Source: an uncultured Moraxella sp.
Lineage (GTDB): Bacteria; Pseudomonadota; Gammaproteobacteria; Pseudomonadales; Moraxellaceae
Length of the DNA: 64,000 nt
NCBI GenBank assembly: GCA_943908425.1
Contig: CALTTC010000003.1
Coordinates: forward strand, 40,661 to 104,660
Direction: 5' to 3'
Each line of letters opens with the position of its first letter. Position 1 is the first letter of the stretch. The notes under the pieces are model-generated. The model did no database searches, was not told where the DNA came from, and worked only from the letters and a program-made list of their open reading frames with translations. The translations under genes were made by a program, and so were the position numbers. Shown here in pieces: positions 9,646 through 19,919 of this stretch.

Positions 9646-10776
9646 TTAATAATCTCCGTTATTATGATTAGAGTTTTTACCCAAACGATGAGCCTGCCCC
9701 AAATACTCTTCTGATTGCATCTCAAGTAGCCGTGAACGAGTGCGTTCTATCTCAAAGGCGAGCTTTTGTCCGCTATACAGCTCCAAAATGGGCTGTTCGG
9801 CACGCACAAGCAATTTGACACGGCGGTCATAAAATTCATCAACCAAATAAATAAAGCGTAACGTAGGGTTAGCAAGCGTATCATTAAGGGCTGGCACATT
9901 GTCCACCATCACCGTCCCAAATTGATTGGCAATGTCAATAAAATCAGACGCCGAGCGTGGTTGCATACACAAATCCCGAAAATTAGCAAGCAAGACCGAT
10001 TCACTGCGTTTTACCACATTGATTGGGCGACCATTGACAACGATTGGCTCACTGCTTGACCGCCCAACGCTTAGCTCATCAAATCGCTTGGCAAGCCAAT
10101 CTTTGGTATCGTGCGACAAAGGCGACACATAAAGCTTTGCTTGCTTTAATAGCCTTAAGCGATAATCAATGCCAGCGTCAATATTCATGACAGTGGTATG
10201 GGCATTGACTTGGGCAATGGCAGGCAAAAAGCGGTCTCGATGAATGCCATTTTTGTATAGCCCATCAGGGGCAATGTTGGACGTTGCCACAAGCACCACG
10301 CCCTTATCAAACAGCTTACCAAACAAATCACCCAAAATCATCGCATCAGCCACATTGGAGACAAAAAATTCATCAAAACAAATCACCCACGCCTTATCGT
10401 AGATAATATCCGCCACCGTATCTAGCGGATTTTCTTGCCCTTGCAATTTAACAAGCTCGCCTTGGACATATTGCATAAAATGATGAAAGTGCATTCGCAT
10501 TTTTTTGTCAATGGGTAAGCACTCAAAAAACAAATCCATCATCCACGTCTTGCCACGCCCCACCCCGCCCCACATATACAAGCCCAAAATCGGCTCACTT
10601 TTTTTAAAAAAACCAAAAAACCCTGTCGGCTTATGCTCTTTTTTGATGATTTTATGATACAGCTCATCTAAATAAACCATCGCCTTTTTTTGTACGTCAT
10701 CGGGGCTAAAACTGCCACTTGCCAAGGCGGAGTTATATCTTGCCAAAGGCGTATCATTGCTTGCGGTATGAATCAT
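9646..10776 (-). CDS. zapE: Cell division protein ZapE (AFG1-family ATPase)
   Basis: Walker A GLYMWGGVGRGKTWMMD and the AFG1 ATPase family layout. Its start overlaps the upstream stop (TAATG). Confidence 0.85.
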   Translation of the reverse strand: MIHTASNDTPLARYNSALASGSFSPDDVQKKAMVYLDELYHKIIKKEHKPTGFFGFFKKSEPILGLYMWGGVGRGKTWMMDLFFECLPIDKKMRMHFHHFMQYVQGELVKLQGQENPLDTVADIIYDKAWVICFDEFFVSNVADAMILGDLFGKLFDKGVVLVATSNIAPDGLYKNGIHRDRFLPAIAQVNAHTTVMNIDAGIDYRLRLLKQAKLYVSPLSHDTKDWLAKRFDELSVGRSSSEPIVVNGRPINVVKRSESVLLANFRDLCMQPRSASDFIDIANQFGTVMVDNVPALNDTLANPTLRFIYLVDEFYDRRVKLLVRAEQPILELYSGQKLAFEIERTRSRLLEMQSEEYLGQAHRLGKNSNHNNGDY

Positions 10777-11900
10777 TATATTGTCCTTATATCGCTGTTG
10801 TGGGGGTCAAATTGGTAAAAATACGCCAAAACTTGCTTTAATTGCACCAGTTTTTTGTCAAAAAAATGTCCAGTTTGCAAAAAGACAGCGTGGGGCAAGC
10901 CAAGGTTTGTTGCCACCGTTTGCAAAAAGGCAGGCGACACCAAACGGTCATTGTCCCCATAAATCAAAAATGCCGACCGCCAATCTATCGCCAAATGGGC
11001 AAAATCGGCTTTTGTTGTGTTTGCTTTTGATAAGCTTGCTTTTATTGCTTTTGCTGCACTGGTATTTGGTGAATTGATGGTTAATGAATGCATATTTGAC
11101 AAATTGGCATTGGCGTTAGGCGACTTGACATTTGAGTTTTTAACATTTGGATTGCTTAAGGCGTTGGGTACATTCAAGCCCTTTGGTGAACTTAACAATA
11201 CATCATCTAACAACACATCATCACCCAAGAAATCAGCATTCGCACTTGATACAGGGGTGCTTGATACAGGGATATTTGACAAATGAGTGCTTGATAACTG
11301 GGTATTTGGTGCATCAGCTCTTGACAAGTCAATGCTTGGCAAATCAACATTTGACCAATCAGTATTGGTTAAATTAGCACTGGGTAAACCAGTATTAGGT
11401 AAATTAGCGGTAAATAAGCGTGCATTAACATCGTCATCAAAATCGTCATCGCCTTTTACTTGACCAGCAAATAACCGCCCAAGCGATGGGGCAATTAAGG
11501 CAAGACGCACCACAGGCACGCCTTGACGGCGTAATTTATCCGCAACCAAGCACGCCATATAACCCCCAAAAGAAAATCCGCCAAGCCAAAATTGCGTGGG
11601 GCTGTCAGAATAAGCAGTGATATGCTCTACCACACAAAGGGCATCGGCAAGCTCCAAAACACTAGCCGTTGCCACCCCAGACGACTGCCCTACCCCACGA
11701 GAATTATAGCGTACCACGTTATAGCCTTGGTCTCGGCAATGACGAAAGAGTGTGCTGACCACTTTATTGTGCATTGTACCGCCTTCTTTGGGATTGGGGT
11801 GAAACAATAACGCTGTAATGGCACTGTCTTGCCAAAGACAGCTTATTTCTAAGCACCCATCGGCACCCAAGTGTTTTGCACTAATTAGTTCGGTATCCAA
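10776..11900 (-). CDS. Alpha/beta-fold hydrolase carrying an internal low-complexity, pentapeptide-like repeat insertion of about 180 aa
   Basis: Nucleophile elbow GGFSFGG within an N-terminal alpha/beta-hydrolase half, and a C-terminal half ending in the His region (QTGHFF). The two halves are separated by N/S/L-rich degenerate repeats encoded by tandem-repetitive DNA (11000-11420). Confidence 0.6.
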   Translation of the reverse strand: MDTELISAKHLGADGCLEISCLWQDSAITALLFHPNPKEGGTMHNKVVSTLFRHCRDQGYNVVRYNSRGVGQSSGVATASVLELADALCVVEHITAYSDSPTQFWLGGFSFGGYMACLVADKLRRQGVPVVRLALIAPSLGRLFAGQVKGDDDFDDDVNARLFTANLPNTGLPSANLTNTDWSNVDLPSIDLSRADAPNTQLSSTHLSNIPVSSTPVSSANADFLGDDVLLDDVLLSSPKGLNVPNALSNPNVKNSNVKSPNANANLSNMHSLTINSPNTSAAKAIKASLSKANTTKADFAHLAIDWRSAFLIYGDNDRLVSPAFLQTVATNLGLPHAVFLQTGHFFDKKLVQLKQVLAYFYQFDPHNSDIRTI

Positions 11901-12043
11901 AAGTCGCCTTTTTGTGCTATTTTGGGCATTATAGCACAGTTTTTGTTGGCGTTATGCCGATCTATTACTCACAAAATTACGAAACCACCAACGATTAGCA
12001 AGGTTTATTTGTTATAATGGTATTTTTAACCCTAAGGATTATA

Positions 12044-12394
12044 ATGCAAAAATTGCTTGCCATCACCCTTGGCGCGCTTGTTCTTAGCGCCTGCCAAAGC
12101 ACCCCAACCGCCCCAGTTATTCAGCGCAATAACGCTACTTTTGAGACCACAGGACTTGGCACTACCAAAGCCTTGGCACAAAAACACGCCCTTGACAGCG
12201 CCAAAAAGCAATGTGGTATGCGTAGCCCAATTATCCTAAGCGATCAAGTGCATTACAACGGCGTGCTGGACGAAAAAACAGGGCGACTCATTGACCAAGG
12301 CGTAGCGATTGTTGGGACTGTACTTGGCACCAAAACCCCAAGCCTTAGCCGTGATGACGATTACGAGTATCGCATTAGTTTTAAATGCCAATAG
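12044..12394 (+). CDS. Small lipoprotein, function unknown. The start is taken at MQKLLAITLGALVLSAC.
   Basis: Signal peptide with lipobox LSAC. 116 aa. Confidence 0.55.
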   Translation: MQKLLAITLGALVLSACQSTPTAPVIQRNNATFETTGLGTTKALAQKHALDSAKKQCGMRSPIILSDQVHYNGVLDEKTGRLIDQGVAIVGTVLGTKTPSLSRDDDYEYRISFKCQ

Positions 12395-12425
12395 CGTACA
12401 TTTAAACGCCGACAGCGTATAAAAA

Positions 12426-12848
12426 TTAATCAAGCCAGTCAAAAATCTGCCGATTGGCAACAGGAAAATCATCCATTCGCTGTTGCAGTGTCGGTTTGTC
12501 TAGCCAAAATAGGGGTTGCTGTTCTGCCCCTACCCGTTTGGCGTGTAATATTGCATAACTATCCGCACTTAAATGGATAAGATAAGTATGTAAGCACACA
12601 CCCCGAGCCTGATTACTGACATCACCCAGATGACGGTAATGCTCACCTGCTAAACACACCCCAAGTTCTTCACGAATTTCGCGCAATAACGCCGTATATG
12701 CACACTCACCATCAGCAAGCTTACCACCAACAAATTCAAGCTTACCGCCCTCGGGCTTATCATCCGCTCTTCGTGCGACCAAATACCGCCCCTCATACTC
12801 AATCACTGCAATAGCAACTGCTAGCATTGTCGCTCCAAAACTTGGCAT
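12426..12848 (-). CDS. NUDIX hydrolase (MutT-like). The likely start is an internal Met (MPSFGAT...).
   Basis: Nudix box GGKLEFVGGKLADGECAYTALLREIREELG. Confidence 0.75.
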   Translation of the reverse strand: MPSFGATMLAVAIAVIEYEGRYLVARRADDKPEGGKLEFVGGKLADGECAYTALLREIREELGVCLAGEHYRHLGDVSNQARGVCLHTYLIHLSADSYAILHAKRVGAEQQPLFWLDKPTLQQRMDDFPVANRQIFDWLD

Positions 12849-12965
12849 TATAACTTTTCTGTTGTAAAAAATAAAATTTTTTGTTAGAATGCCACCTTTA
12901 ATATATGCGTTGTGGATTCCCCACTTCCTCAAATCTATCAACGTTACTTTATTTAAGGATTTATT

Positions 12966-13232
12966 ATGGCCAATTCAGCCCAAGCACGCAAACGCGCTCG
13001 TCAAAACGTTAAACGTCGTAGCCAGTCTGCCTCTCAACGTTCTATGGTGCGCACGTACATTAAACGTGTCCAATCTGCTATTGAACAAAAATCATATGAC
13101 CTAGCCAGCGAAGCCTACAAAAAGGCAGTGCCTGTGATTGACCGTATGGCAGACAAGGGCATTATCCACAAAAACAAAGCCGCGCGTCATAAAAGCCGTC
13201 TTAACAAAGCTGTTAAAGCGCTACAAGGCTAA
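12966..13232 (+). CDS. rpsT: 30S ribosomal protein S20
   Basis: [18 protein letters not shown], 88 aa and basic. A strong bidirectional terminator follows. Confidence 0.95.
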   Translation: MANSAQARKRARQNVKRRSQSASQRSMVRTYIKRVQSAIEQKSYDLASEAYKKAVPVIDRMADKGIIHKNKAARHKSRLNKAVKALQG

Positions 13233-13261
13233 TTCAATTAGCATAGCCTAACGCTTACCGC

Positions 13262-13290
13262 AAAAAGAGCCTATAATCAGGCTCTTTTTT
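13262..13290. terminator. Bidirectional rho-independent terminator between rpsT (+) and nnr (-)
   Basis: AAAAAGAGCCT-ATAATC-AGGCTCTTTTTT: a perfect 6-bp stem flanked by an A-run and a T-run. Confidence 0.7.
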
Positions 13291-13300
13291 AGCGTTGTGT

Positions 13301-14797
13301 TTATGGCGCTCTAGGCAAATGATTAATGGTTGCGGTAATCGCGTTGGGCATTTGGGTAGCATTTAAAATACCTAGCCCACCCTGCGCCACTGCCAGCCTA
13401 TCCCCCGCTAAGGCGTGAATGGTAACCATACTGGCAATCGCTAACGCCCCATATTGCGCACGCAACCCCGCAATCACCCCTGATAGCACATCGCCCATAC
13501 CCGCTGTCGCCATCGCCGGATTACCAAACGGACAAATGGCAAGCTTGTCTGTCAAGGTCAATGTACCCGCCCCTTTTAGCACCCAACTCCCACCATAGCG
13601 TGCCTGCAAAGCATAGATTGCTTGGGCTTTGTCTTGGGTGATTTTATCGGGCGTACACGCAAGCAATCTTGCCGCTTCCCCATCGTGCGGAGTAGCAATC
13701 ACAGAAATGGGTAGTGGGCTAAACTTATCGGCAAATTTTGCCAAAAAATACAGTGCATCAGCATCCAAAATAAGCGTTTGTAAGTTATGCGCTAACAGCT
13801 TAGGCATAACTTGCAAAAAATAATCCTCTGCCAATTTGTCACGCCCAAGCCCCATGCCAAATGCTACAGTATCCATTTCTTGTAAAATGCTATCATCTAG
13901 CTCCGCCATAGTGCGCGTCATCAATGCTGGATTACGCGCCAGTACCGCCGAGTGGTGATTTGCCTCACAAAATAGCGTAACCTTGCCTGCACCACACGCC
14001 AATGCCGCCTCACCTGCCAAGATGACCGCCCCGCCCATCGCAAGACCACCACCGATAATCGCCACTGTGCCATTACTACCTTTATGGGCAGTTTTTTGTC
14101 GCGTGGGCAATACCGGTAAGCGATAATCTAAACTTGCTACAGGCGTATCATCTATGACAGGGACAAGCGGACATAGCACAATGTCTTTGGCATACTCTCG
14201 CCCATTGCCAGTTAGCGTGCCAAGCGTCAAGGCAGTAAGAGCAAGGGTTGTCGTAACTTTTGTGGCAATAGTAGCCACCGCACCACTATCGGCAGCCAGT
14301 CCTGCAGGGCAATCAATAGCTATTTTATAGCCATCAGCGTTATTAAATGCTCTTATCGCCTGCTGGTAATCAGTTGTTGGCAAATTAACCGCCAAACCAA
14401 GCAAGGCATCAATATGCACCGCAAAACGCTTACCCTCAAGTTGCGATAATCCTACACAAGGCACGCCACTCGCTTTTGTTATCTTTTGCGCCTGCGCTGT
14501 CATCTCACTTAGCCCCTGACACGCTTGCACCGTGGTTACAAGATAGCCAGCTTTATGCAGATGTTGCGCCAACAGATAGCCAATAGCACCGCTTTCACCG
14601 TGTCCACACCAAATGGCAATGGGCGTGCTAGCCGTGATAACAGGCAGTGTTGGCAAATAATGCGCAAGCATATTCCCCGCTTGTCGCCATAGGGCTAGGC
14701 GGTCACTTGTCTTGGCAAGCCAGTCATCTTGCCACTTATAAATTTGCTTTGGCGTGTAGACCGGATATAGACGCGGGGTGTCAGTAACTCGTAGCAT
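13301..14797 (-). CDS. nnr: Bifunctional NAD(P)H-hydrate repair enzyme Nnr (YjeF_N epimerase plus ADP-dependent dehydratase). The start is probably internal, so it does not overlap slt.
   Basis: C-terminal carbohydrate-kinase-like domain with GAGTLTL and ATAGMGDVLSGVIAGL. N-terminal YjeF_N-like domain. Confidence 0.8.
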   Translation of the reverse strand: MLRVTDTPRLYPVYTPKQIYKWQDDWLAKTSDRLALWRQAGNMLAHYLPTLPVITASTPIAIWCGHGESGAIGYLLAQHLHKAGYLVTTVQACQGLSEMTAQAQKITKASGVPCVGLSQLEGKRFAVHIDALLGLAVNLPTTDYQQAIRAFNNADGYKIAIDCPAGLAADSGAVATIATKVTTTLALTALTLGTLTGNGREYAKDIVLCPLVPVIDDTPVASLDYRLPVLPTRQKTAHKGSNGTVAIIGGGLAMGGAVILAGEAALACGAGKVTLFCEANHHSAVLARNPALMTRTMAELDDSILQEMDTVAFGMGLGRDKLAEDYFLQVMPKLLAHNLQTLILDADALYFLAKFADKFSPLPISVIATPHDGEAARLLACTPDKITQDKAQAIYALQARYGGSWVLKGAGTLTLTDKLAICPFGNPAMATAGMGDVLSGVIAGLRAQYGALAIASMVTIHALAGDRLAVAQGGLGILNATQMPNAITATINHLPRAP

Positions 14798-14798
14798 A

Positions 14799-16799
14799 CT
14801 AGTAAGCAGGTGTAACATTGCCCATACGCTGACTGATCGCCACAGGCGTGCCAAGTGCCGTACCATAAACAGTGGCATTCTCCATTACGTGCTTGACATA
14901 AGCGCGCGTTTCACCATAGGGAATCGCCTCCACATACTGGTCAGCACTCATCGCACCATAGCTTGGCAACCACGCTTTGGCGGCATTAGGACCGGCATTA
15001 TAAGATGCGGTAGCAACCGCTAATTGCCCATTGGTTTTATTTGCCAAATCTCCCAAAAACCACGTACCATAACGAATATTGGTGTCAGGATTGCTCATAT
15101 TGCCAGTGCTTTCACCAAGACTACGCGCGATTTGCCGTGCTGTGCCGGGGATAATTTGCATAAGCCCTGCAGCATTGGCAGATGACTGTGCCGCCGGCTG
15201 AAAACGGCTTTCTTGACGGATAATGCCGTACGCCCACGCAGGGTCAATGCCCACGCGCCGACTATAGCCCATCACTGCATCGCTATAGAGCATGGGGTGC
15301 GACAAGGCAGCGTTACGCACTGGGCTATTTTGCATGGCATAGATACTGCGCGGATAATTGCCCAAATCGTGCGCCATTTTTGCCGCGTGCAAGATAAGAT
15401 TGTGGTTGCCACTATTGCGCGCTTGGCGTACCGCCCAGTTCCATTCTCGGTCAATATAGCTACTTTTGGCGTTGTTATGCATCAACAAAAACGCGCGAGC
15501 AAAGTGAGGATCGCTCATCACAAGCGCGCTATCCGCATTCGGCAACTGATTACCGCCAATGTCATTTAGACCCAAACGCAGACCCAATTTATCTTTTGCT
15601 AATAAGCCATAATAATCAATGTCTTGGCTTAAGGTTTGATAAATGGTGCGCGCTTGTGCTGTCTTGCCGAGCTGTTCATAACCGCGCGCGAGCCAATATT
15701 GCCAAGTCGGCTCACCTTGCTTGTCTTGTGGCATCGCGCTAATGGCGTTAATGACATCTTGCCATTGACCAAAATAAATAGCGATTTGGGCATAGTCTTC
15801 GGCTTCTTCAAAATTAAACGGCTCGCCTAAGCTATTATGAAACCAGTTCAATGCCTGTACAGAAAACCCATCATCGGTATTCATATTCATCCGCTTAACA
15901 GCGATACTACGATAAGCATAACGTTTGGCTTGCTCGCTAAGTAGTGGCTGTGGACGGCGACTATCCATCGCAATGTCACGCTCTAGCTGGGCAATGGCTT
16001 GGGTGTAGGAGCTGTGCGCCAGCTGAGAGATGGCATAAATGTACAAATATTGGTCGGCAAGGCTTGCGCTTGGGCGACTATTAAAGCTTGCCAAAAAGCT
16101 ACTTGGATTACTTTTAATCGCCGTTAATTGTGTATAATCAAGCGGTAGACGCAGTTGCTGTGCCAACTGCACAATTTGCCCTGTTACGTTATCGGCTGGA
16201 CGGTTTTTGGAGAGCTGGCGCCCATCAATTCTTAACAAGCGCACCAAACGCGCGTGGCGGTCTTCTGCACTGATATAAGGATTGCTCGCCATTGCCTGTG
16301 CCAAGGTTGCGCACAGCGCCGGCTGACGTGTGGTATCTAGCCAAACGTCTTGATAAGCGCGAATGGCAGGGTCTTTGGCACCGTGCACCCCAAGCCCAAT
16401 GGCGCAGCGCTCACTGGCATCAGCATTCATGATATAAGGCGACACCACGCGCACCGCAACATAATCGCCCATTTCTGCTTTTTTTTCTGCAAAATCGGCA
16501 ACCAATTTTTCTGCCATTACCGTGCCTTGATATTGACGCACAAAATTAAGAATGCTGTTGGCATCTTGACTGGCTAGATTCTCATTTAAACGCCAGTAAG
16601 TTGGATACATGGCAAATAATCCACCCGCCATCCGCGCTTCATAGTCATAAAGCGCCGTGCCACTTGCTCTTTCGGCATCGTTAAAGTAGCTTGCGCTATA
16701 ATCATTTTGATAATTAACTTTGGCGCAAGCAAGTATCGGTAGTGCCAAGCTTATCAAGGCAAGCGGACGCAATTTTTTACGCATAATTATCCTTAACAA
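14799..16799 (-). CDS. slt: Soluble lytic murein transglycosylase (Slt family)
   Basis: Signal peptide, a long superhelical N-domain and a C-terminal SLT catalytic motif (ESRFQPAAQSSANAAGLMQI). Confidence 0.85.
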   Translation of the reverse strand: MLRIIMRKKLRPLALISLALPILACAKVNYQNDYSASYFNDAERASGTALYDYEARMAGGLFAMYPTYWRLNENLASQDANSILNFVRQYQGTVMAEKLVADFAEKKAEMGDYVAVRVVSPYIMNADASERCAIGLGVHGAKDPAIRAYQDVWLDTTRQPALCATLAQAMASNPYISAEDRHARLVRLLRIDGRQLSKNRPADNVTGQIVQLAQQLRLPLDYTQLTAIKSNPSSFLASFNSRPSASLADQYLYIYAISQLAHSSYTQAIAQLERDIAMDSRRPQPLLSEQAKRYAYRSIAVKRMNMNTDDGFSVQALNWFHNSLGEPFNFEEAEDYAQIAIYFGQWQDVINAISAMPQDKQGEPTWQYWLARGYEQLGKTAQARTIYQTLSQDIDYYGLLAKDKLGLRLGLNDIGGNQLPNADSALVMSDPHFARAFLLMHNNAKSSYIDREWNWAVRQARNSGNHNLILHAAKMAHDLGNYPRSIYAMQNSPVRNAALSHPMLYSDAVMGYSRRVGIDPAWAYGIIRQESRFQPAAQSSANAAGLMQIIPGTARQIARSLGESTGNMSNPDTNIRYGTWFLGDLANKTNGQLAVATASYNAGPNAAKAWLPSYGAMSADQYVEAIPYGETRAYVKHVMENATVYGTALGTPVAISQRMGNVTPAY

Positions 16800-16881
16800 A
16801 AAGTACTTAAGATAACAAAATTTGGTTATTTTGCTGTATAAAAGTTGTAATAAAACCTATCGCAAGCTTACCGCGTTAAGA

Positions 16882-16910
16882 TTGTTCATTGCCTAATTAT
16901 TTGCTATAAT
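16882..16910 (+). promoter_or_regulatory. Candidate sigma70 promoter for miaB (TTGTTC-N17-TATAAT)
   Basis: Read directly: -35 TTGTTC at 16882-16887, a 17-nt spacer and -10 TATAAT at 16905-16910, 26 nt upstream of the miaB ATG. Confidence 0.4.
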
Positions 16911-16936
16911 AGCTCATTTATCCAGCACTCGCCCTT

Positions 16937-18352
16937 ATGACCGTAACGCTTTTTGACCCCAACGCTTTGCCTAGCCAACCAGCCAGCGACACCGCCCCCA
17001 AAAAAGTCTATATCGCCACCCAAGGCTGTCAGATGAACAGTTACGACAGTAGCAAAATGAGCGATGTACTGAGCAACAGCCACGGCATGATACGCACCGA
17101 TAATATCAATGACGCTGATATATTGATTATGAACACCTGCTCGGTGCGTGAAAAAGCCCAAGAAAAAGTCTTTAGTGAGCTTGGTAGATGGCGCAAACTA
17201 AAAGAAAAAAACCCCAATTTGGTCATTGGTGTCGGCGGGTGTGTGGCAAGCCAAGAAGGGGATAATATCCAAAAACGTGCCCCTTATGTGGATATGGTTT
17301 TTGGTCCACAAACCTTACACCGCTTGCCTGAATTGTATGAAAAATCGCTTGCCCAAACCGCCTTAACCCCCAAAAAGCGTATCGGTACGGTAGATGTCTC
17401 GTTTCCAAGCATTGAAAAATTTGACTTTTTGCCAGAGCCCAAAGTTGATGGGTATAAAGCGTTTGTTTCTATTATGGAAGGCTGTTCTAAATATTGCTCG
17501 TTTTGCATCGTGCCTTATACCCGTGGCGAAGAATTATCACGCCCCTTAGACGATGTTTTGACAGAGATTGACTCACTTGCCGAACAAGGCGTGCGTGAGA
17601 TTACCCTACTTGGACAAAACGTCAATGGCTATCGTGGACAAAAAGATGACGGCAGTTTGTGCCGATTTAGCGAACTTCTGCATTATGTTGCCCACATTGA
17701 CGGCATTGACCGTATCCGCTACACCACAAGCCACCCCTTAGAATTTAGCGACGATATTATTGACGCTTATGCCACCATTCCAAAGCTTGTCAATCATCTA
17801 CATTTACCTGTACAAAGTGGCAGTAACGCCATTTTACAAGCAATGAAACGCAATCACACCATTGATATTTATATTGAACAAATCAAAAAATTGCGTGCCA
17901 TTCGCCCTGACATTCACTTATCTAGCGATTTTATTATCGGTTTTCCCAATGAAAGCGATGACGATTTTAATGCCACATTAGCCCTTGCCAAAGACTTGGA
18001 TTTTGACCATTCTTATAGTTTTGTGTATTCCAAACGACCTGGCACACCTGCCTCTGACTTGCCTGATAACGTGGATTTGGCAACCAAAAAACAACGCCTT
18101 GCTATTTTTCAAAAAGTGATTGTAGACTCAACCATTGCCAAAACAAAGGCCATGCTTGGGCAAACCATCACCGTACTGGTTGAAGAACCATCCGATAGAA
18201 TGCCAGGCTATTTACACGCCTCGGCAGAAAATACCCGTTCGGTCATTTTTGCTGGCGACAATGGTTTATTGGGTAAATTTGTCAAGGTACATATTACCGA
18301 CTACAAAGGCCCGCATATGGTGGCAGGCGAATTGGTGGCAGTGGTGGGTTAG
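16937..18352 (+). CDS. miaB: tRNA-2-methylthio-N6-dimethylallyladenosine synthase (radical SAM MTTase)
   Basis: N-terminal MTTase Cys triad ([18 protein letters not shown]), radical-SAM CxxxCxxC ([11 protein letters not shown]) and a TRAM C-terminus. Confidence 0.9.
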   Translation: MTVTLFDPNALPSQPASDTAPKKVYIATQGCQMNSYDSSKMSDVLSNSHGMIRTDNINDADILIMNTCSVREKAQEKVFSELGRWRKLKEKNPNLVIGVGGCVASQEGDNIQKRAPYVDMVFGPQTLHRLPELYEKSLAQTALTPKKRIGTVDVSFPSIEKFDFLPEPKVDGYKAFVSIMEGCSKYCSFCIVPYTRGEELSRPLDDVLTEIDSLAEQGVREITLLGQNVNGYRGQKDDGSLCRFSELLHYVAHIDGIDRIRYTTSHPLEFSDDIIDAYATIPKLVNHLHLPVQSGSNAILQAMKRNHTIDIYIEQIKKLRAIRPDIHLSSDFIIGFPNESDDDFNATLALAKDLDFDHSYSFVYSKRPGTPASDLPDNVDLATKKQRLAIFQKVIVDSTIAKTKAMLGQTITVLVEEPSDRMPGYLHASAENTRSVIFAGDNGLLGKFVKVHITDYKGPHMVAGELVAVVG

Positions 18353-18429
18353 GTGGTAATGGACTAGATAGTTAGGATTAGTATAAGATTAGATAGTTAG
18401 CTAAGCTTTTATATTTTAAGGATTAAAAA

Positions 18430-19841
18430 ATGCCCAAAAAAAGCACTACCCAATGGATTTGCTGATTATTTACATGATATCACAAAAGAAAAATCAGGCG
18501 ATAAACAAAGCCTTGCCACACCGCAAGCACTGTTTGACACCTTGCGCGAAAAGGTCATTCATCAAGATAGTGCCTTACGCCAATTAGCTACTTTGGCATT
18601 TTATCACCAAAAAAAACAGTGAACAGCAGACGGATGTCATCATTAAAAATATGCCTGTATTTCTGACCGGTCAAACAGGCACTGGCAAGACGCATATGAT
18701 TGAAGTGCTGTGTCGTACACTCAATCTTCCCTATATCATTTATAACGTTATGAACCTAAGCGCAAACACTTATAAGGGCACCAATCTGCGTAATCTGGGT
18801 GAAAACCTCCTAAAAAGTGTCGATGGCGATAAAGAAAAAGCTGCTCATGCCATCATTTTTTTTGATGAATTTGACAAACTGTTTATGGACAAACAAAATA
18901 AAACCCTGCAAAGCTACCATAATTTACTCATTGCCGAATTATTAACAATCATTGAAGGCAGTGCCGGATTTCCCGTCGATGATAAAGGCGAAGTAATTGA
19001 CAGCAAAAAAATGCTGTTTATTCTCGGTGGCAGCTTTGGTATGCACGAACAAAGTAAGCATGAAAAGATAAACCCTATCGGCTTTCACGAAACCCCTGTC
19101 GCGCCAGAAGAAAAATAGGTCAGCAATCAGCCTGGCTTGACAGAATTTGGACTGCCCGATGAGCTTGCTGGACGGATTGGCGGGGTCATTAAAATGCAAT
19201 CGTTAGGTAACGAGCAGATGATCGAAGTATTTTTTAATAGCCCCACCTCGCCCATTAAAGCTTTGAATCATCGGCTCAGCTTAGTTGATTGTACCCTACA
19301 AATAGAAACCGGTCTTATTAAGCAGTTAATTGACGATAATGCCGATCTCATAAAAAAATTCGGTGTGCGCGGGATTTATCAAGCTTTTTATCAGTTGCCC
19401 GCCGTGAATCAAATACTGTTTTCTGCGCCGGAACAGTCGGGGACTACCTACCGTCTAAGCTGTGATGGCTATGAGATTGTGGACGATGATGAGCCCGACG
19501 ACAGCGACGACATTGATGCTATCTACAGTAGTATAACATATGCCAAAAAAGACCAAACGGCGGCGCTAAGACAGCAGTGGGTTAGCGATGTAATGCAGCT
19601 TAACAACACCGCCCTTAGCATAAAAGAAGAGCTAGACAACCTAGAAAAAATTGAATTTGAAGAATTTCAGCTACTGATAGCCCGCTATGAGCTATGGGAG
19701 ATGCTATACGAAGAATGCATCAACACGCACGCTTATGCCAGCCACGTCACACTAGCAGATTTGGCAATCATTGATACTAGCATAAAAGAGCAATGGGCGA
19801 CACTTTGTAAGCAAGCAACACAAGAAAAGATACCTTTTTGA
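18430..19841 (+). pseudogene. Divergent ClpX-family AAA+ ATPase paralog, disrupted by +1 frameshifts at an A7 tract (18436-18442) and an A8 tract (18609-18616) and by an in-frame TAG at 19119-19121. It lacks the ClpX N-terminal zinc-binding domain and has a unique acidic C-terminal domain of about 150 aa.
   Basis: Conceptual translation across the frames gives TPQALFDTLREKVIHQDSALRQLATLAFYHQK (ClpX-like N-terminus of the AAA module), Walker A FLTGQTGTGKTHM, Walker B AIIFFDEFDKL and a sensor/arginine-finger region EFGLPDELAGRIGGV. The pore loop reads TYKG rather than GYVG. Confidence 0.6.
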
Positions 19842-19919
19842 GTCGGTGTATCACGCCAAACCCTGCCCTGCTAACCTTTTTGTTCATCACGCCATCAAGC
19901 ATAGCAAATTCGCGCTACT

